From assembly GCA_036339875.1 (NCBI GenBank), contig JAYZAC010000011.1:1-11474 (forward strand): a DNA stretch of 11,474 bases, written 5' to 3'. The position numbers and the translations under genes are program-made. This DNA is from a bacterium (lineage in GTDB: Bacteria; Muiribacteriota; UBA6191). Positions 6,635 to 11,474 of the stretch are shown here, piece after piece. Every line of letters begins with the position of its first letter. The first letter of the stretch is position 1. The notes below the pieces were generated by a model. It ran no database searches, was not told where the DNA came from, and was given only the letters and a program-made list of their open reading frames with translations.

Positions 6635-7762
6635 TTAGTATTTTTGAATAGTCTGATCAATTTTCTCAGACCAATCTAAAATACCTCCGCGCAAATTATA
6701 TACCCGATCAAATCCAAGTGACAGTAATTGCTTACAAACCTTTAATGAACGTTCACCAGAGCGACACATTACTATAAGCTCCTGATCTTTTGGAATTTCT
6801 GCAGTACGTAAGCTTATTTCATTCAAAGGAATATGAATCACATCAGAAAGGCTTGCTATCTGTAATTCATAATCTTCTCTCACATCTAATACAACTGGGG
6901 AATTACCCGATTGTCTAGCTGCATATAACTGATCTACATCCCACTCTGCAATTTTGAAGCTTTGTGATGGATTAGCTTGGTCGTTAGAAATAGAGCGAAT
7001 TGATTTTATTTCTGGATTATCTCCACAAAGCTTACAAGTAGATTTAGACTTTATCTTCATCTTTCTAAAGCTTGCAGATAATGCGTCATAAAGTAGTAAA
7101 TGCTCACTACAAACGTCTCCAATTCCAAGAATAATTTTTATAGTTTCCATTGCTTGAAGTGTACCCATAATTCCTGGTAAAACACCAAGAACACCTGCTT
7201 GAGCACAATTCGGAATTAAATCACCCGTGGGTGGTACTGGATATAAGCATCTATAACAAGGGCCACCACGATAATTAAACACAGCTAGTTGACCTTCAAA
7301 TTTATAGATTGCAGCACTTACATATGGTCTATCTTCAAGAACACAAGCATCGTTTAATAGATAGCGCGTTGTAAAATTATCACTACCATCAACCACAATG
7401 TCATAGGACGCTACCAATTCTTGTGCATTTTCCGAATTTAAGCGTACTTCATGAGATACCAACTTTATATCAGAATTCAATTGAGAAAGTCTTGATACGG
7501 CGCTATCGACCTTAGAGCTACCCACAGAGGCTTCGGAGTGTAAAACTTGGCGCTGTAAATTAGAAAAATCTACAAGATCAAATTCGACCAAACCTAGGGT
7601 TCCTACTCCAGCGGCGGTAAGATACTGAGCAACTGGGCATCCCAAGCCACCTAAGCCTACTAATAGTACTCTAGCTGCTTTAAGTTTTAACTGACCTTTT
7701 TCACCTACCTCATCAAGAGAAAGGTGGCGGGCGTATCTTAAATAGTCTTTCTGACTAAGCAT
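6635..7762 (-). CDS. moeB: MoeB/ThiF-family (E1-like) adenylyltransferase fused to C-terminal rhodanese (MoeZ/MOCS3-like architecture)
   Basis: RYARH, GLGGLG nucleotide loop, DFSNLQRQ, DGSDNF, Zn-binding CYRC and CKLC, conserved Cys in PNCAQAGVLG. Rhodanese motifs LDVRE, active-site loop CRSGERS and NLRGGI; the protein ends in the typical D.TIQKY. Confidence 0.93.
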   Translation of the reverse strand: MLSQKDYLRYARHLSLDEVGEKGQLKLKAARVLLVGLGGLGCPVAQYLTAAGVGTLGLVEFDLVDFSNLQRQVLHSEASVGSSKVDSAVSRLSQLNSDIKLVSHEVRLNSENAQELVASYDIVVDGSDNFTTRYLLNDACVLEDRPYVSAAIYKFEGQLAVFNYRGGPCYRCLYPVPPTGDLIPNCAQAGVLGVLPGIMGTLQAMETIKIILGIGDVCSEHLLLYDALSASFRKMKIKSKSTCKLCGDNPEIKSIRSISNDQANPSQSFKIAEWDVDQLYAARQSGNSPVVLDVREDYELQIASLSDVIHIPLNEISLRTAEIPKDQELIVMCRSGERSLKVCKQLLSLGFDRVYNLRGGILDWSEKIDQTIQKY

Positions 7763-7768
7763 TATTGG

Positions 7769-7777
7769 ATTATATCA
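7769..7777 (-). promoter_or_regulatory. Putative extended -10 promoter (TGnTATAAT) for a leaderless moeB transcript
   Basis: Minus strand TGA-TATAAT-ccaata-ATG: a perfect TGnTATAAT whose TGA is the upstream gene's stop codon, 6 nt before the start codon, with no SD. Confidence 0.6.
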
Positions 7778-8830
7778 AGAATCACAAGTCCCAGCTGCAC
7801 AACAATCTTTTTCAGATTCTTGCATATGACGATTCATCACCTGAGCAATGATATTAGCCAAGCAGTCACGCACGGCCACCAACTCGCTAACCTTATTAAC
7901 ATCAATGCCCGTACTTTCAAATAAGTCTGATAATAAAAGTTTTAGATCTGGTCTTCTGACTTCCATTTCACAAGGAATATAACCAACTTCTACACAAGCG
8001 TTTGTTAATTCAAGCAGCATAGTTTCATGTGAATACTCACCATATTTAAAGCTACTATAATGTATTACTTCGCCCTTATCTTTATTAATCACCAAAAATA
8101 ATTGCGGATAATACCCACCCACAGGCCCATCAGACACTGCAAAAGGATAATAACAAACATGAATCTCCCAAATAGTGCCTTGGATTTCTAATTGCTCGAC
8201 AGCTTTTTTGAGATTATTTTCAACAGGTAGCTTTAACTGAGCGGCAGGGTCGGGAAGCTTACTATTTCTATCAACTCGATAAGTTTCCCAACTTTCTAGT
8301 TGAACATCTTTCTCGGGTAGAATAAGCGTTTCTGGGCCTACTAGAGAATAATCTGTCTGTTCCGTTTGAAGTAAAAAATCAGCTAGTTTTGACAGAATAA
8401 CAGCTGCCGTATTTAATTCCTCTTCGTTACATATATCAGCAGGAATACCCGGCTGCATTCGCATAGGAATGATGTGCATACCTTCCTCGTATTCTGAATC
8501 TTCTACTGAGTTGATAAACTCCTGATGTGCCTCTGAAAATATCTCTTCTTCATCCAAGGTAACTAGAATTGTATCTTGAACAGTAGCCATTTCTGGATCA
8601 GGTCTTTGATCGTCCTTTTTACGAATGTATTCGTATGAATACAATCCTGCTGCTCCTCTGTACATTGATACGCCGTAAAGTTCTTCGTCTTTACCCATCA
8701 GACTGCACCAGTAGGTTTGATTATCCGCAGGATTATCTATACCGATTAGGAATGATTCATCGACGCGATGCCATAACTCATTGTCAGCAATGCGCTCAAA
8801 TTGATTTACTAACTTTTTATAATTCTGCAT
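7775..8830 (-). CDS. Conserved hypothetical protein, DUF7309/DUF6930-like, acidic, with Cys-rich C-terminal tail
   Basis: N-terminal pattern W..VDE.FLIGI.NP....YWCSLMG..EELYGVSMYRG..GL and C-terminal WE.....P..V......YYP.L.LVI...G resemble the recalled DUF7309+DUF6930 family. The track start is TTG 8836; ATG 8830 has AGGT 6 nt upstream. Confidence 0.7.
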   Translation of the reverse strand: MQNYKKLVNQFERIADNELWHRVDESFLIGIDNPADNQTYWCSLMGKDEELYGVSMYRGAAGLYSYEYIRKKDDQRPDPEMATVQDTILVTLDEEEIFSEAHQEFINSVEDSEYEEGMHIIPMRMQPGIPADICNEEELNTAAVILSKLADFLLQTEQTDYSLVGPETLILPEKDVQLESWETYRVDRNSKLPDPAAQLKLPVENNLKKAVEQLEIQGTIWEIHVCYYPFAVSDGPVGGYYPQLFLVINKDKGEVIHYSSFKYGEYSHETMLLELTNACVEVGYIPCEMEVRRPDLKLLLSDLFESTGIDVNKVSELVAVRDCLANIIAQVMNRHMQESEKDCCAAGTCDS

Positions 8831-8848
8831 ATTCAAACCTGTGCCTTC

Positions 8849-8863
8849 TCAAAATCATTTTGA
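8849..8863. promoter_or_regulatory. Perfect 7-1-7 inverted repeat TCAAAAT-C-ATTTTGA in a short intergenic gap; possible operator
   Basis: Seen directly between the HEAT gene stop (8866) and the next start (8836/8830). Confidence 0.3.
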
Positions 8864-8865
8864 AT

Positions 8866-9600
8866 CTAATCAATAATACAATTTAACAAGTCTTGAAAGC
8901 TATCTTTCCACCACTGCGAACGAGATTCATAAACTTGAGAATATCTTAACGAATTGTACAATTCAATCAGCTCATACTTCAATTTGATCGGTCCATAGGA
9001 CGCAATACAATCAAAGTACTCACTACTTAATTCATCATTGAGAATGATGGAACGAAGATGCCCATGTACTTCAGGAGCATGAATTCTTAAAAGACCTTGA
9101 ACCGCATTAGAGGAAATTATCTCATCCATATCGTCAATCAACCACACTAGGGCCTCATTGACTGATTTTACAAATAGTTTCTCTAATGGTAAACCTGCCA
9201 ATGCCTTACTAACTGAAGTTCTTACCATTGTGGATTGATCCTGATGAAGTAAGACTAGTAAATCGATTGAATCGTTATCTTTCAATAGCTCTAAAACTCC
9301 TACTAAAGTACGTCGTACCTCATCGCTATCTGAGTCTAAGAGACCTTTTAATCGTAAAGCTATGCCATTGTTATAAGCACCTAAGTTCTCACCTAGAGAT
9401 TTTAAACCTTCGATAATAAGTTGTTCGTGAGTGGCATGACTTAAGTATTCAAGCATAATGAAAATTGAATCCTCTGGTATAGGTTTCTGCCAGTATTCGT
9501 TGTCTGTCATGGTAGATGATTCTGATTCAATATCAGTCTCGAGTGGATACCCAAAGAGCTTTGCCGCTTTCTTAAAAACATCACTTTGCTCTGAACACAT
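8866..9600 (-). CDS. HEAT-repeat protein
   Basis: Repeated HEAT/PBS-lyase-like units: LLDSDSDEVRRTLVGVLELL, LHQDQSTMVRTSVSKALAGL, LIDDMDEIISSNAVQGLLRI. Confidence 0.8.
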   Translation of the reverse strand: MCSEQSDVFKKAAKLFGYPLETDIESESSTMTDNEYWQKPIPEDSIFIMLEYLSHATHEQLIIEGLKSLGENLGAYNNGIALRLKGLLDSDSDEVRRTLVGVLELLKDNDSIDLLVLLHQDQSTMVRTSVSKALAGLPLEKLFVKSVNEALVWLIDDMDEIISSNAVQGLLRIHAPEVHGHLRSIILNDELSSEYFDCIASYGPIKLKYELIELYNSLRYSQVYESRSQWWKDSFQDLLNCIID

Positions 9601-9632
9601 AAATTATCTCAATCTATATGCTTTGGAACATA

Positions 9633-11474
9633 TTAGTTCTGTGGCCAAAGCTGTAACCAAGCACCATACAAGTCAATGCGTCCACATTCAGAGGCCCACT
9701 CTGGCTTATCTAAAGCCGATTTACAGAAACTATCTAGTACCTTCGAATGCGCTAGATCAGATTGTTCTTTACTATCTATGCTCGCTCCAGAGTCAATCAT
9801 GTGGGCCTTTTGAAAACCTAAAAACCATGCATATGTACCGGATGCAATACCCGACGCCATACTAGTTCCACTCATGTCATCAAATCCGCCCCCAGGTACC
9901 GTGCTAAAGATTTTGCTGCCTGGATATAATAGTTTGACGCTTGACTTCCCATAATTACTGTAATCAGCCAGTCGTCCGCGAACCGTAGTTGCACCGATAC
10001 CCGTGACTCCAGGATAAATCAATGGAATTTGAGGATATTCGTCAGTATCAAATGAACTATTTCCTGAGCTCGATAGTACCTTAGCTCCAGTTTTATTAAG
10101 TATTCTAAATGCATCTTCAAGCCCCAAAGATTTAGAACCGCCGCCCCAACTGCAGTTAACCACTTCTACTCCTGTTTGCGAGAGATAGATGATTGCCCTA
10201 GCTAGGTCAATACTGTTGCCGAGTCCTTTTTTATTGAAAACCTTAGCAACAATAATTTCAGCATTATCGGCAACTCCAAATAAATCGCCCGTATCTGCAT
10301 TGTATCCAGCTATAACACCAGTAACATGCGTACCATGGCCATTCTCGTCATCAGGTTCGTTATCTTCGTTGACGAAATCGTAACCGTAGATATCGTCTAC
10401 TAAACCATTTTTATCATCGTCGATACCATTGTTAGCTACCTCATTTGGGTTCTTCCAAAAAGCAACAGGCTTATAAGGATGTGACATATCAAAACCAGTG
10501 TCTACTACCCCAACCCTAACCTTTTCTGGAGTAATATTTGAAGTCTCAGCTAAGTCTCTTGCTTCATCTAGCTTCATGGCTTTAATCCACCATCGATCTT
10601 GTGGCTCTCGCTGACCACCCTCCCAAGCTTTCATAGGATCAATATTAAAAACTTTCGATTCCTCGCTAGCAATGATGCCATTTACCTCGATCATTGGTTC
10701 GATTTGAGGTTTGATAGATAAGTATAATTCTCGGCCTCGAGATACCTCAACTTTTCCTAGTAGATTGTAGTGCTTTGGTGGCGCTTGCTTAGTCCAAACA
10801 AAACTACGAGCATCAGCATTGTTGGCTTGATTATTTAAGCGAGACTCCCATTCAGGTATTTCTGGTAAAAGTCCCCTATCGCCGTTATCAGGTCCAAAAA
10901 ATAAAAATTTTCCACCGTTGCCGGTATGAGCGGCTCCCACACCAGCAAATTTTCCCGGCAGATTGTATATAGGTACTCTTACATACTTACGACCAAAGCC
11001 ATGATAGGCTCCCCAATAGCCTACGATAAACCAACTACCGTCTTCGGCATAGCTAAGTCCACACAGTTGTTTTTCTTCACATGGAGTGGCTGGTATTTGT
11101 ATTCTTTCCCAACTTAAATCGTCTGCTACCCTTATTTCAAAAGTACCAAAAGAATCAGCTGCTAGAATTCCTTGAGTTCCACCAGCGATTTGCCAATGAC
11201 TGTCAAAACCGTACGTAAGACGATCCACCTTCAATAGATCTCCATCATTGCTATAAAAGTTGGTTCTACCGGTATCATCCATAGCAGCAAGATAGCCACC
11301 AACACGAACAAATCTAATTTGATCTCCGCTGAGACCGGCCTTGTCCCCGTAATGGCCGGTCTCAGCAAAGAACATTCTTGCTTTGGTATCAAATATGCGT
11401 AGCGCATTGTTGTTATCAACTGCACAGCGAAGCGTAACACCTGGTTCAAAAACCTTCTTATCAAAGGTGCCCAC
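9633..11474 (-). CDS. S8 family (subtilisin-like) serine peptidase with long N-terminal beta-rich extension; probably 5'-truncated by the window edge
   Basis: Catalytic triad VGVVDTG (Asp), NGHGTHVTG (His) and SGTSMAS (Ser); oxyanion SSGN; acidic loop WKNPNE..NNGIDDDKNGLVDDIYGYDF; YSNYG. The 'start' is simply the GTG at the last three bases of the window. Confidence 0.92.
   Translation of the reverse strand: MGTFDKKVFEPGVTLRCAVDNNNALRIFDTKARMFFAETGHYGDKAGLSGDQIRFVRVGGYLAAMDDTGRTNFYSNDGDLLKVDRLTYGFDSHWQIAGGTQGILAADSFGTFEIRVADDLSWERIQIPATPCEEKQLCGLSYAEDGSWFIVGYWGAYHGFGRKYVRVPIYNLPGKFAGVGAAHTGNGGKFLFFGPDNGDRGLLPEIPEWESRLNNQANNADARSFVWTKQAPPKHYNLLGKVEVSRGRELYLSIKPQIEPMIEVNGIIASEESKVFNIDPMKAWEGGQREPQDRWWIKAMKLDEARDLAETSNITPEKVRVGVVDTGFDMSHPYKPVAFWKNPNEVANNGIDDDKNGLVDDIYGYDFVNEDNEPDDENGHGTHVTGVIAGYNADTGDLFGVADNAEIIVAKVFNKKGLGNSIDLARAIIYLSQTGVEVVNCSWGGGSKSLGLEDAFRILNKTGAKVLSSSGNSSFDTDEYPQIPLIYPGVTGIGATTVRGRLADYSNYGKSSVKLLYPGSKIFSTVPGGGFDDMSGTSMASGIASGTYAWFLGFQKAHMIDSGASIDSKEQSDLAHSKVLDSFCKSALDKPEWASECGRIDLYGAWLQLWPQN

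Noticed and set aside
6635..7762. Bacterial ubiquitin-like conjugation system (CBASS Cap2, Bil, Bub)
   Set aside because: No E2, JAB or Ubl. None of the called proteins with a visible C-terminus ends in GG. The E1 is a standard MoeB-rhodanese fusion.
2391..11117. Short plus-strand ORFs (2391..2573, 4126..4371, 5288..5488, 8635..8886, 9228..9416, 9458..9865, 10189..10383, 10926..11117)
   Set aside because: Antisense shadows of well-supported minus-strand genes, with no motifs.
11231..11464. 77-aa hydrophobic minus-strand ORF
   Set aside because: Nested out of frame within the S8 protease ORF, which is open throughout; no independent support.

Overview
AT-rich bacterial window in which all ten supportable genes lie on the minus strand, tightly packed. 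In transcription order: a 5'-truncated S8 subtilisin-like protease with a long N-terminal extension; a HEAT-repeat protein; a DUF7309/DUF6930-like hypothetical protein; a MoeB/ThiF (E1-like) adenylyltransferase fused to rhodanese; an adenosine/adenine deaminase-family enzyme; a MoxR/CbbQ-type AAA+ ATPase; a 710-aa uncharacterised protein; a small Cys-rich DUF5522-like protein; the tRNA U34 hydroxylase TrhO; and a 3'-truncated alpha-helical (HEAT-like) ORF at 1..1112 that the ORF track missed. No RNA genes, CRISPR array or mobile element were seen. Three observations stand out. (1) The AAA+ ATPase's 710-aa neighbour appears to fuse a TraB/TIKI/ChaN-like metallo-hydrolase domain to a MIDAS-less CoxE/YehP-like vWA region, suggesting a compact, uncharacterised MoxR-partner module. 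(2) A TATAAT-N6..9-ATG leaderless architecture recurs three times and splits the apparent operon into sub-units. (3) A tandem palindromic operator-like motif lies upstream of trhO. Family names come from motif recognition by eye, not from database searches.
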